Origin: a virus | Lineage: Duplodnaviria; Heunggongvirae; Uroviricota; Caudoviricetes | Virus record (IMG/VR): IMGVR_UViG_3300048091_000193 | Location: 1 to 52,696 of that record | Reading direction: 5' to 3' (one strand) | Length of the DNA: 52,696 bases | Shown: positions 1 through 7,777 of the stretch, one piece after another | Layout: each line of letters starts with the position of its first letter | How positions within the stretch are numbered: the stretch's first letter is position 1 | The notes under the pieces: generated by a model | What the model saw: the letters and a program-made list of their open reading frames with translations, nothing else | Database searches by the model: none | What the model was told of the DNA's origin: nothing | Position numbers and translations under genes: made by a program

Positions 1-178
1 AATTGAAAACGACAGCAACGCGAGACTGATGAGAACGTGATGTGTATCGCGCCGGGGTGAGCCCGGCTGGTGGATGGGCGCGAGATGCGCTCCCTCAACC
101 TGGCTACGCCGTGAAGTCGGCGAGGCGGGAAATACAGGAAATCCCCAGCTTCCCATGGTGCGCATCTCCCACCCACCT

Positions 179-242
179 CCAGCCGTAACCCGCGCATCGC
201 TGTGTGATGTTCGAGAAATCGCAACAGCACAGAAGGACCACC
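179..242 (+). promoter_or_regulatory. Early-gene leader element, copy A (divergent)
   Basis: CCAGCCGTAACC, then imperfect hairpin GCTGTGTGAT...ATCGCAACAGC; 191-235 free of CC/GG; precedes ATG 243. Confidence 0.45.
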
Positions 243-860
243 ATGAAGAAGACCATTCTTTCCATCGCCATTCTGCTTTCCGGAACGGCTCTGTCCCATG
301 CAGCCGATCAATACCGGCCCGCCGCTCCGATTCCATACACGGAGCCCTTCACCTGGAGCGGTCTCTATGTCGGCGCCGTGGGTGGCTATGGCCAGTCGTC
401 CTCGCAGGGGCTCGACATGAAGAGTGGCACGGCCGGCGGAACGGTTGGCTTCAACGCGCAGTGGGAATCCCTGGTGTTCGGCCTCGAGGGCGATGTGTCG
501 TGGCTTGGGCTCAAGCAATCCATCGGGCCGATCGTCGCCGAGACCAACCACCTGATCACCGTGCGCGGACGCATTGGCTACGCCTTTGACCGTCTGCTGA
601 TCTACGGCACCGCCGGCATCGCCTCGGTCGAGAACCAGCTGTCGGTCGGTGGGCTGTCGGATCGGCGCAGCCATGATGGCTTCGTCTACGGCGCCGGCAT
701 CGAATACGGCATCACCAATGCCTGGTCGGCCAAGGTCGAATATCTGCGCCTGGCGCTGCAGTCCGCCAACTATTTCGAGAAGGATCTCGGGGTGGGCGTG
801 CCGAGCGGATCCGTGGATATCGACATGGTCCGCGCTGGCGTGAGCTATCGCTTCCGTTAA
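243..860 (+). CDS. Outer-membrane beta-barrel protein, Omp25/Omp31/RopB-like
   Basis: Signal peptide MKKTILSIAILL; motifs WSGLYVG, RGRIGYAFDRLLIYGTAG, AGIEY, WSAKVEY; C-terminal VSYRF-type aromatic end. Start placed at ATG 243 after AGAAGGA. Confidence 0.85.
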   Translation: MKKTILSIAILLSGTALSHAADQYRPAAPIPYTEPFTWSGLYVGAVGGYGQSSSQGLDMKSGTAGGTVGFNAQWESLVFGLEGDVSWLGLKQSIGPIVAETNHLITVRGRIGYAFDRLLIYGTAGIASVENQLSVGGLSDRRSHDGFVYGAGIEYGITNAWSAKVEYLRLALQSANYFEKDLGVGVPSGSVDIDMVRAGVSYRFR

Positions 861-867
861 CTGCCAA

Positions 868-928
868 CCGCAATCCGAAATGTGTTGTGAGATTGTCTGA
901 TCTCACAACAGCAACGAGAGAACACAGA
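868..928 (+). promoter_or_regulatory. Early-gene leader element, copy B
   Basis: CCGCAATCCGAAA (868-880), perfect 10-bp hairpin TGTTGTGAGA/TCTCACAACA (883-910), GAGAGAAC, ATG 929. Confidence 0.7.
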
Positions 929-1363
929 ATGGCACGACTGGTATTCAATGCGACGGATCTTCTCCGCGTGGTCGATCACTCGATCGCCAACAAGCAAGCT
1001 CGGTTTCTGTCGGATTGGGACGAAAAGAAGAAAGAAGCGGTCTACAGCGTGCCGGCGAAACCCGCGGTGCTGCTGGTCAAGGATTCGGGCATCTACATGA
1101 TGTCGAACGGTGACCCCGGCGATCTCGTGGATCCGTCCAAGGCGAACGAGAAATTCGCGCAGCGCTACATCGTCTACGCCAAGGGTTGCAATCCCAAGAC
1201 CGATGGCGACGACGTCTGGGAGAAATGCCAGCGCATGGTCGGCGGCGATGACTTCGGTGAGACCATCGAGTGGGCCGACGCCATCAAGGAGCTAATCACT
1301 CGCGGCGCCAAGGAGATCATCGTGAATTTCACCACGCGCAAGATGTCCCTGTCGGCCAAGTAA
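929..1363 (+). CDS. DUF3085-like protein
   Basis: Motifs LLVKDSGIYMMSNG, YAKGCNP and GGDDFGE match my recollection of DUF3085; phage-typical codon usage. Confidence 0.65.
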   Translation: MARLVFNATDLLRVVDHSIANKQARFLSDWDEKKKEAVYSVPAKPAVLLVKDSGIYMMSNGDPGDLVDPSKANEKFAQRYIVYAKGCNPKTDGDDVWEKCQRMVGGDDFGETIEWADAIKELITRGAKEIIVNFTTRKMSLSAK

Positions 1364-1372
1364 CGCTGCCAG

Positions 1373-1430
1373 CCGCAATCCGAAATGCGCTGTGACACAA
1401 TTCAGTGTCACAGCAGCAGAGAGAACGACG
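1373..1430 (+). promoter_or_regulatory. Early-gene leader element, copy C
   Basis: CCGCAATCCGAAA (1373-1385), perfect 10-bp hairpin GCTGTGACAC/GTGTCACAGC (1389-1414), AGAGAGAAC, ATG 1431. Confidence 0.7.
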
Positions 1431-1754
1431 ATGACCCAGAACAATTTCAAGATCGCCTTCGAGATCCTCGCGACCGATCGCGCCCGCGTCTACCTCAATG
1501 ACGCGTCCGTGGGGCATGTGCGCATCCACGACGTCATCACCAAGGGAAAGCGCCTGCCGCGCCTGACGTATCGCAACAGCTCCAGCCCGTTCAAGAACCT
1601 GATTCCCACTGACCAGTGGACCGATCTCGCCAACGAGACCGTCGAGAGCCTGCTCAAGCGCTCCGACGTCTATCGCCATGTCTGTGCCGCCGTGATCCGC
1701 GGTGCGCTCTACTACCACGAAATCAACGAGCTCCCGCTGCATAAAGCCGCCTGA
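1431..1754 (+). CDS. Hypothetical early protein
   Basis: ORF with typical codon bias directly after leader C; start placed at ATG 1431. Confidence 0.7.
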   Translation: MTQNNFKIAFEILATDRARVYLNDASVGHVRIHDVITKGKRLPRLTYRNSSSPFKNLIPTDQWTDLANETVESLLKRSDVYRHVCAAVIRGALYYHEINELPLHKAA

Positions 1755-1763
1755 TCATCCCAG

Positions 1764-1823
1764 CCGCATTCCGAAAAGCGTTGTGCGACAGTGACTTATC
1801 GCACAACGTAGAGAGCAAACGAC
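1764..1823 (+). promoter_or_regulatory. Early-gene leader element, copy D
   Basis: CCGCATTCCGAAA (1764-1776), perfect 10-bp hairpin CGTTGTGCGA/TCGCACAACG (1779-1808), AGAGAG, ATG 1824. Confidence 0.7.
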
Positions 1824-2165
1824 ATGATCAACGCGCTCCAGCTCCAGTATCTTCCCGAATTCGAGCAGATCGTCTGCACGTTTTCCGTCGAGCCGACGCT
1901 GATCGAGCGCCTCGACGCCGCGCTATTCAATGATGCGAACCGCGATTTTCAGCTTTGGGATGGTGAGGAGGGAAAGTGGGCCTGCGGATTTATCCGCTCA
2001 GCCTTTGGCCTGCTCGATCTTGGCGGCGATCGCTCATCTGGTGAGATCCGTATCGCCATGTCGCCCGAATACGATCCACTCGATCCGTCCGCGCTGCCTG
2101 ATATTCGCGCTCACTGGATCTATTTCGTTCAGCCCGTCAAAAAGATCCTGAAAGTTCTCCGATGA
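1824..2165 (+). CDS. Hypothetical protein
   Basis: 113-aa ORF after leader D; stop overlaps next start (ATGA). Confidence 0.7.
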   Translation: MINALQLQYLPEFEQIVCTFSVEPTLIERLDAALFNDANRDFQLWDGEEGKWACGFIRSAFGLLDLGGDRSSGEIRIAMSPEYDPLDPSALPDIRAHWIYFVQPVKKILKVLR

Positions 2166-2443
2166 TCACCTTCAGCATGGTCACGGACAAAGGTTCTCAC
2201 ACGCTGCGCCATCTGACGCTGCGCGACATGATGAACCACATCGAGGAGGTGATGCGGAACGCGCGCATCACCAAGGTTAGCGGCAAATTCATCGCGCCGC
2301 CATCGGAGCTCACCGAGGTCGACCTGGCCAAGGCCGACGCCTATCTGCGCGGCGTCGCCAACGACATCATCTTCGAGCGCCATTTCGTGGACGGTGTGCT
2401 CGATATCTATCAACTCGCCAACTATCCCAGGAGAACGGCGTGA
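2162..2443 (+). CDS. Hypothetical protein
   Basis: ATGA/GTGA translational coupling on both sides. Confidence 0.7.
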   Translation: MITFSMVTDKGSHTLRHLTLRDMMNHIEEVMRNARITKVSGKFIAPPSELTEVDLAKADAYLRGVANDIIFERHFVDGVLDIYQLANYPRRTA

Positions 2444-2844
2444 CCACAGATCCAGACAGGGTTCAGAAGGGCATGAAGCATGTCCGCAAGCTGATCGACC
2501 TCTATGTCGGGGAACGGTCATGGCATATCGTCGAGATGTTCCGCGCGCAGCTTGTCCAATTCCGCGATAAAGGTGATCCGCACGCTTCCGAAGCCGTCAA
2601 CCAGGCGCTGCGGGAGCTCTACGACGGGGAAATAGCCTATATCGACGCCCAAGTAGTAGCGCCGCGCCCCAGGGCGGCGGATCCCACGTTCATCATCCTC
2701 GATGAGCTCCATCATCTGGAGCCGCGAGAGATGCCGAATATCCGCGAGCCCGATCCTGACCAGAATCCATTCTATAGCCGCGAGCCGCGCGCCCGTGACT
2801 GGGAAAAGCGCAAATTCAGACCGAACCGCAAGAGGAGAGGGTGA
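2440..2844 (+). CDS. Hypothetical protein
   Basis: GTGA overlap after AGGAG; coupled to the next ORF. Confidence 0.6.
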   Translation: MTTDPDRVQKGMKHVRKLIDLYVGERSWHIVEMFRAQLVQFRDKGDPHASEAVNQALRELYDGEIAYIDAQVVAPRPRAADPTFIILDELHHLEPREMPNIREPDPDQNPFYSREPRARDWEKRKFRPNRKRRG

Positions 2845-3008
2845 TGGCGACCAAGCCACTGCAGCCCGATGCCGAGATCGTCAAATCGCTCCTCGCGCTC
2901 AAGGCGGAGCTGGAGAAGGTATATCTCGGCCGCAGCGGTGAGGGCGCGATCATCACCATGAAGATCAATTCGTGCCTCTACGGCAAATATCCGGCAGACC
3001 GGTCATGA
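2844..3008 (+). CDS. Small hypothetical protein (54 aa, not in ORF track)
   Basis: MATKPLQPDAEIVKSLLALKAELEKVYL...; AGGAG RBS, TGATG overlap upstream and ATGA overlap downstream; fills the operon gap exactly. Confidence 0.55.
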   Translation: MATKPLQPDAEIVKSLLALKAELEKVYLGRSGEGAIITMKINSCLYGKYPADRS

Positions 3009-3430
3009 GCCAGGGCGCTCGCATCAAGGAAGATGAGAAGGGGCTCTATTTGCTCTGTGACGGGTGCATCGCGCGCCCGTTTCCAGGTGGCATCGAATAC
3101 GAGTGCCGCATGGATGACGGCGGGCTGAAAGCTGGCGACTATACCAAGGTGCTGCGCCTGGCTGGCACCGACCTGGTGCAGCTGTATGGATTGGCGCAAT
3201 GGGAAGGGGAGCGCTTCAACTGGCGCATCGAGAAGCCGATATCGATGCGGTGCGAGCGCTGCGACGGGGAAGGTGTGGTCTCAGGCCACAGCGTCGATGC
3301 GAAACGGTGTCCGGTTTGCTACGGTAGCGGCAACAAACAGCCCAGGAGCGTCGCCAAGATGACACTCGAGGATATGGACAAGAAACAGGCCGCCGAGCCG
3401 CGCGGTGCCAACTGGGGAGCATGGGGATGA
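3005..3430 (+). CDS. Hypothetical protein with C-terminal DnaJ-type zinc-finger repeat
   Basis: CERCDGEG...CPVCYGSG (CxxCxGxG twice); start placed at coupled ATG 3005. Confidence 0.65.
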   Translation: MSQGARIKEDEKGLYLLCDGCIARPFPGGIEYECRMDDGGLKAGDYTKVLRLAGTDLVQLYGLAQWEGERFNWRIEKPISMRCERCDGEGVVSGHSVDAKRCPVCYGSGNKQPRSVAKMTLEDMDKKQAAEPRGANWGAWG

Positions 3431-3654
3431 CACTCCCTACATCAATGAAGGATCTGATCAACAGTTACGCGGCAGATGGCAACATCGTCGCGCTGCGACA
3501 GCTCCGAAATCAGAATGCCGAATCCATGGCACGGATCGCTATGATGCCAAGCGATAACGCCGACATGCGAAAGCAGGTGATGGCCTATTACCTGGAGAAC
3601 GTCGACCACATCGACCGGGAAATCGAGAAACTGGGGCCGAGGCAAGTCAAATGA
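3427..3654 (+). CDS. Hypothetical protein
   Basis: ATGA overlaps on both sides. Confidence 0.6.
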   Translation: MTLPTSMKDLINSYAADGNIVALRQLRNQNAESMARIAMMPSDNADMRKQVMAYYLENVDHIDREIEKLGPRQVK

Positions 3655-3866
3655 CCGCCAAATACATCAAGTGCGACGGCTGCGGTGAAACCATCGACCG
3701 TAGACCGGCAGGAGACCACACCAACGGTGGTCATTGGGGCAAGACCGAAGGGCAGAACCTGCGCACCTATGCTCGCTCGATCGGCTGGCAGACCGGTGTT
3801 CAAACCGCTGATAGCTCCTGGGACAGCAACGACTATTGTCCCGCTTGTAAGCCGGTGAAGCCATAA
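3651..3866 (+). CDS. Small zinc-finger-like protein
   Basis: CDGC...CPAC pair; coupled start. Confidence 0.6.
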   Translation: MTAKYIKCDGCGETIDRRPAGDHTNGGHWGKTEGQNLRTYARSIGWQTGVQTADSSWDSNDYCPACKPVKP

Positions 3867-4162
3867 CCGCTGAACAGCTGGCCCAGGCGATCGGCACCGC
3901 CCTCCATACGCATGCCGGCGACAAGTGCGCCTGGAGCACCGAACCGGAGCCTGATTGCTCTTGGGATTCCCCAGACCCAAAAGACGATGGAAAGCCGATA
4001 CCGAGCACGCTGCGCATGAATTACGACGGCGAGATCGATCTGGTGGAGCTCGCCAAAGCCATTCTCGAGGCCCATGGTGGTTCCCTGACACCGGGCCGGC
4101 CTGATAGGGTGAACCAACAAGGGCAGCTGGGAACGAGACTGAATGGCGAATCTGCACCGTAA
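3863..4162 (+). CDS. Possible 99-aa protein with ATA start, or start-mutated pseudogene
   Basis: Open frame ITAEQLAQAIGTALH...MNYDGEIDLVELAKAILEA begins at ATAA overlapping the upstream stop, where neighbours have ATGA. Confidence 0.35.
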   Translation: MTAEQLAQAIGTALHTHAGDKCAWSTEPEPDCSWDSPDPKDDGKPIPSTLRMNYDGEIDLVELAKAILEAHGGSLTPGRPDRVNQQGQLGTRLNGESAP

Positions 4163-4379
4163 CGAGACCGCGAAGCTCGCTGCTAATTTCCTGAACACTT
4201 GCGCGGCCTCCCTGATCACCGTGGGTATATTCACACCGACAGCGGCATATCTGTATGGGATCACAGAGCTAAAGGAAGCATGGCTTCTTGATTATCTTCC
4301 TTATATTTGCATCTGCGGGTCGATCGTCTTACATTTATTCGGGATAGCCGTGCTCCGGCTGATGGAGGACACACCATGA
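4143..4379 (+). CDS. Small two-helix membrane protein
   Basis: Two hydrophobic segments; lower-GC codon usage than neighbours. Confidence 0.6.
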   Translation: MANLHRNETAKLAANFLNTCAASLITVGIFTPTAAYLYGITELKEAWLLDYLPYICICGSIVLHLFGIAVLRLMEDTP

Positions 4380-4798
4380 GCGCCACTCTAGCTCTCACCA
4401 TGCCAGCGATCGCCGTGGGCGCCCTGGGGCTCATGGCCGGCGGTGTAGCCCTGCTGGTCAACAAGCTCTATCCGCGGACGAAGCCACAAGTCAGCGAGGA
4501 GGTCTTCGTCGAGGCGACGGAAACTATGCCGGCGGATGTTATCTACGGCTTAGACAGGGCGCGCACGCTGCACGAGATGCTATCCAGCGCCAGCAAGCTC
4601 CCTACCGGTCCGAGTGCATCCAGCGCGAATTTCGCAGATGTCACCATGGCCGCTCTAAACGCAGGTCTCCCCACGACCAGGCGGCGCTATTTCGTAAAGA
4701 TGCTCAAGCACGTCCATGAGGAGAGGTTCTCTGATAAGGTGCCGGTCAGGTCGCAGGCGGACATTGTCGCGGCGCTCTCGAAAAGCAACACCTTCTAA
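4376..4798 (+). CDS. N-terminally membrane-anchored hypothetical protein
   Basis: GGAGG RBS, ATGA overlap, hydrophobic N-terminus LALTMPAIAVGALGLMAGGVALLV. Confidence 0.55.
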   Translation: MSATLALTMPAIAVGALGLMAGGVALLVNKLYPRTKPQVSEEVFVEATETMPADVIYGLDRARTLHEMLSSASKLPTGPSASSANFADVTMAALNAGLPTTRRRYFVKMLKHVHEERFSDKVPVRSQADIVAALSKSNTF

Positions 4799-5067
4799 AA
4801 TCAGCCTGGCATTCGCGCCTAAGCTGTAACACGCCAATCCTGTAATTGCAGGTAGCGCCGCCTAACACCGGTGCCGGGCGGTTGGTTGCGAGAGAACAGG
4901 CCTCGCCCTGCATATTAACTTCCACGATCCCCACCAGCTTCGTGAGGCCACGGTCGTCTATTTTGCAGGCCGCCCGGCACACTTGAAGGCCATATGTTCT
5001 CGCGCCTCGTCAAGCCGGGCATGGCCAACCAAGACCATGGGATATCCTCCCGACCATCAACACCTAA

Positions 5068-5085
5068 GAAATCAATACTGACTTG
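5068..5085. repeat. 18-bp palindrome family (degenerate copy)
   Basis: GAAATCA-ATAC-TGACTTG. Confidence 0.55.
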
Positions 5086-5485
5086 GCTAGTCCGCGGACG
5101 CATGGCGATCCCCTGTTTCCGGGGTAGTCTCGCCTTCACAAAACAACCAGTAGGACTGGTGATTGTAACAACAAAGACACACCCGGAACTGTTGGTCGCA
5201 AACACAAATCATCCGTCTAATGACAGAATTTCTAGGGATTATCTGTATAAAAACTGTTCATTTACTGTTCGTCGGGAGACAAAATCATCTGAAAACGAAC
5301 AGTTCCCGATCGAGATAGCTCTCAAGTTCCCAGGCGAATCGGTAGAAGAAAGGCCCGAACTTCTCCGAGTCATCACCAAAACGAGTGAAGCGGTTATAAG
5401 CCGCACCTGACTATTTTCGAGATAGAAGAACAAAGCTCCAGAAATAATAAAAACCTCAATAACGGTCGCACCCAATGATCGTCCG

Positions 5486-5600
5486 TAAGAGAGCACCGTC
5501 ACCCACCAGAGAGACGAACGACCATAGAGACGCACACGCCCTAAGAGAGCACCAACACATAGAGCGGACGCATAGACCTATAGAGACGCGTAGAGGGGAG
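5486..5600 (+). repeat. Purine-skewed degenerate tandem repeat (about 19-bp unit, 56-bp super-period)
   Basis: TAAGAGAGCACC at 5486 and 5542; ATAGAGACGC at 5524 and 5580; AGAG cores at 5488, 5508, 5526, 5544, 5561, 5582. Confidence 0.55.
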
Positions 5601-5892
5601 AGGGTGTGCGAATAGAAAGAGAAAAGACGGTGGGTGTAGGCGGCGGGGCCGTTCGCCTTACCATTCCACATTCCCTAAAAGCCACCCAAGGCCGCTCCGT
5701 CAGTTCCCATGGCAAAATCAGGAACCGGTAGAGATCTCCTACCGGCAAGACCCCAACTCGCTCCGTGGCGAAAGCCATCTGGAATCTGGGAGCCCACACC
5801 GGAATTCCCATGGTTTCGCCTTCACCATGGGGCGCCCTTCTATTCCCGGAGTGTGCCATGGCCAGGCCGAGAGCTTCCGACCCGGAAGTTCG

Positions 5893-5942
5893 CCGCGCTT
5901 CGTCTATATACAATACTTAAGTAAGTAAGAGACGAAGCGCGG
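5893..5942. promoter_or_regulatory. Twin hairpin element, copy 1
   Basis: 13-bp inverted repeat CCGCGCTTCGTCT/AGACGAAGCGCGG around a 24-nt AT-rich loop; near-identical core at 18214-18277. Confidence 0.65.
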
Positions 5943-6013
5943 ACACGGAAGTTACATGGGATACTCAGCTATCCATGGCATTTCCGGTGCGACGTTCTCC
6001 CTGAAGACCCCAG

Positions 6014-6089
6014 CCGCAATCCACAAAATCAGCTGTCATGTTGTGTTTGTCGCAATCAAGCGACGCACAACACAGAGAGCACGACGACA
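6014..6089 (+). promoter_or_regulatory. Early-gene leader element, copy E
   Basis: CCGCAATCC (6014-6022), bulged hairpin TGTTGTG..GTCGC/GCGAC.CACAACA, AGAGAG, ATG 6090; 6022-6092 CC/GG-free. Confidence 0.65.
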
Positions 6090-6932
6090 ATGGCAAAGAC
6101 CACGAAGAAGGCGAAGACCAAGACAGAAATTGCGGCCGAGACCACTGAGGCGAATGACGCCGTCGCCTTGATGGCGATCGACACGCTCACCGAAGCGGAT
6201 ATGTCCGTCATCGACACCCTGGAGGCGGTATCGACCGTCCAGGCCGAGGCAGTCTCCGAGATCGTCCTCGAAGCGCCGGCCATGACCGACAATGGCGAAA
6301 CCTTCGAGCAGGTGATGGCGAATGTCGACGACGACATGGTGGACAAGGCCGTCTTCGCCGTCGCAAAGGCGATCGATGACCGCGCCGCCTACGAGAACAT
6401 TCATGGACACCCCAACATCCAGCGCGTTCTCAAGAGCGTGCGCACCGCTTTCGTCTCCAAGTCCGCCACGCGGGCCATGCTCGCTGCCGGTTTCGACGAA
6501 GCGGACATCAATCGCTCGGTGCATGACGGCAAGCGCTACAACGTCTATGCGCTCGGCAAGCTCGCCGATGCCATCAAGGCGCTGTCCGGTGGCCAGATCA
6601 ACAACGCCATCAACAATGCCTGCATGCGCTCCCTCTTTAAGTTCAACAAGGCGAATGTCGCCTTCACGATGGACATGGCGAAAGCAGCCTGTTCCGCACA
6701 GATCCGCGTCGATGCCGCGGTGAAGGGTCTCCTGGTCAGGCATACGGTGTCACCGAGCACCGCGCCCACCCAGGCCTCCTCCACCATGCAGGCATTGGTC
6801 AGCCTCGGTGTCGTCACGTCGTCTGGAGGTGGTCGCAACCCCACCTTCACCGTGACCGAGGCGCCGGCCGCGAAGAAGCTCATGGCGATGCTCTCGACTG
6901 AGGGAGAGGAGGTGCAGGCGCAAGCGGCCTGA
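6090..6932 (+). CDS. Hypothetical protein, acidic N-terminal extension; paralogue of 8299-8880 (possibly winged-helix DNA-binding)
   Basis: Strong phage codon bias; aligns by eye with 8299-8880 (NVYALGKL/NAYAVEKM, NACMRSLF/NATIRSMF, SPSTAPTQASST/SQSTVATQHNST). Fold is a guess. Confidence 0.75.
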   Translation: MAKTTKKAKTKTEIAAETTEANDAVALMAIDTLTEADMSVIDTLEAVSTVQAEAVSEIVLEAPAMTDNGETFEQVMANVDDDMVDKAVFAVAKAIDDRAAYENIHGHPNIQRVLKSVRTAFVSKSATRAMLAAGFDEADINRSVHDGKRYNVYALGKLADAIKALSGGQINNAINNACMRSLFKFNKANVAFTMDMAKAACSAQIRVDAAVKGLLVRHTVSPSTAPTQASSTMQALVSLGVVTSSGGGRNPTFTVTEAPAAKKLMAMLSTEGEEVQAQAA

Positions 6933-7180
6933 CAAGCACATTATGGCGTAAGGGGAGGGGCTTCTGGCTCCTCCTCAGTATTACCGGGCTTTCCCATGGA
7001 AGTTCTAGGTTTAGGAACCGGTGGGGTCCTTGGGACCCACTGATGAGGATCCGTGTGGCGAACGGCGCCGGCCTATCCCAGGCCTGGTCTCCCATGGTGC
7101 GGCCACGGACCGCGTCTCCCTCGGCCAGGCCATGGTGTCTCCGCTGCCGGCCACGGCGCAGCACTCCCTGAAAGCCCCAC

Positions 7181-7241
7181 CCGCAATCCAGGTTTTCATC
7201 TGTCAATGTTGACTTACAGCAACACGACAGAGACCAGCGAC
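7181..7241 (+). promoter_or_regulatory. Early-gene leader element, copy F
   Basis: CCGCAATCC (7181-7189), contains an 18-bp palindrome copy, ACAGAGAC, ATG 7242. Confidence 0.55.
7199..7216. repeat. 18-bp palindrome family (degenerate copy)
   Basis: TCTGTCA-ATGT-TGACTTA. Confidence 0.5.
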
Positions 7242-7478
7242 ATGAACGACAAGCGCCTCTCCCTCATCAAGACCGCGATCGCCTCCACTCTCAACACCAT
7301 GAAGCGCACCAAGGGCACCGACATCGAGATCACGGTGCATCGTGCCCTGATCCAGATGCGCAGCGCGCTGCGACGCGAGCTCACCGGTGAGGATTCGACC
7401 CTGGAGATGATCAGCGCCTCGGCATACCTCGAGAGTGCCAGCTACGCCCTCGGCTTCGTCCCGGTGACCGCACGATGA
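7242..7478 (+). CDS. Hypothetical protein (78 aa)
   Basis: MNDKRLSLIKTAIAS...; phage-typical codons begin only at ATG 7242. Confidence 0.7.
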   Translation: MNDKRLSLIKTAIASTLNTMKRTKGTDIEITVHRALIQMRSALRRELTGEDSTLEMISASAYLESASYALGFVPVTAR

Positions 7479-7561
7479 CCGCGGACATCAAGTGGATGTT
7501 CCGGCTCGCCGTGATAGGTTCGATCGCCATACCCCTTCTCATGGCCTGGAGATTCAATTGA
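7475..7561 (+). CDS. Small membrane peptide (28 aa, not in ORF track)
   Basis: MTADIKWMFRLAVIGSIAIPLLMAWRFN; ATGA and TTGA overlaps on either side. Confidence 0.4.
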   Translation: MTADIKWMFRLAVIGSIAIPLLMAWRFN

Positions 7562-7740
7562 CCACGGTCTGTCTATGCGGCGTCTGTCGCCGGGAGCTTT
7601 CTGAGGAAGACGAGAAGACCGAACACAAGGTCTTCAAGCTTGGTGAACTCGCCTATATCGAGCTCGCCCATGTCGCCTGTGGTCGACGTGAGAACCTGGA
7701 TCTCAAACTAATGTTGCAACCACCCTACTGGGGCCGCTGA
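7558..7740 (+). CDS. Small zinc-binding-like protein
   Basis: TTG start overlapping the upstream stop; CLCGVC...HVAC. Confidence 0.45.
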   Translation: MTTVCLCGVCRRELSEEDEKTEHKVFKLGELAYIELAHVACGRRENLDLKLMLQPPYWGR

Positions 7741-7749
7741 AAGGAGCCA

Positions 7750-7777
7750 GGAGCGCCGCAGGGCGCTCCTTCCTTCT
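7750..7777 (+). terminator. Probable intrinsic terminator
   Basis: GGAGCGCC-GCAG-GGCGCTCC followed by pyrimidine run, just after the 7740 stop. Confidence 0.5.

Noticed and set aside
51-184. tRNA gene
   Set aside because: No T-loop GTTCRA or cloverleaf spacing; kept only as a possible structured RNA. No tRNA or rRNA was recognised anywhere in the window.
1792-1798. TGACTTA in the loop of leader D as another palindrome copy
   Set aside because: Only one half-site; the left arm does not match.
868-1823. Gene-plus-hairpin units as integron cassettes with attC sites
   Set aside because: No RYYYAAC/GTTRRRY core sites bounding the stems and no integron integrase; the stems sit in 5' leaders just before the RBS.
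4994-5410. 138-aa ORF, plus 5709-5924, 7021-7212 and 9208-9696
   Set aside because: No RBS, atypical codon usage, no motifs; they overlap repeat-rich regulatory-looking DNA.
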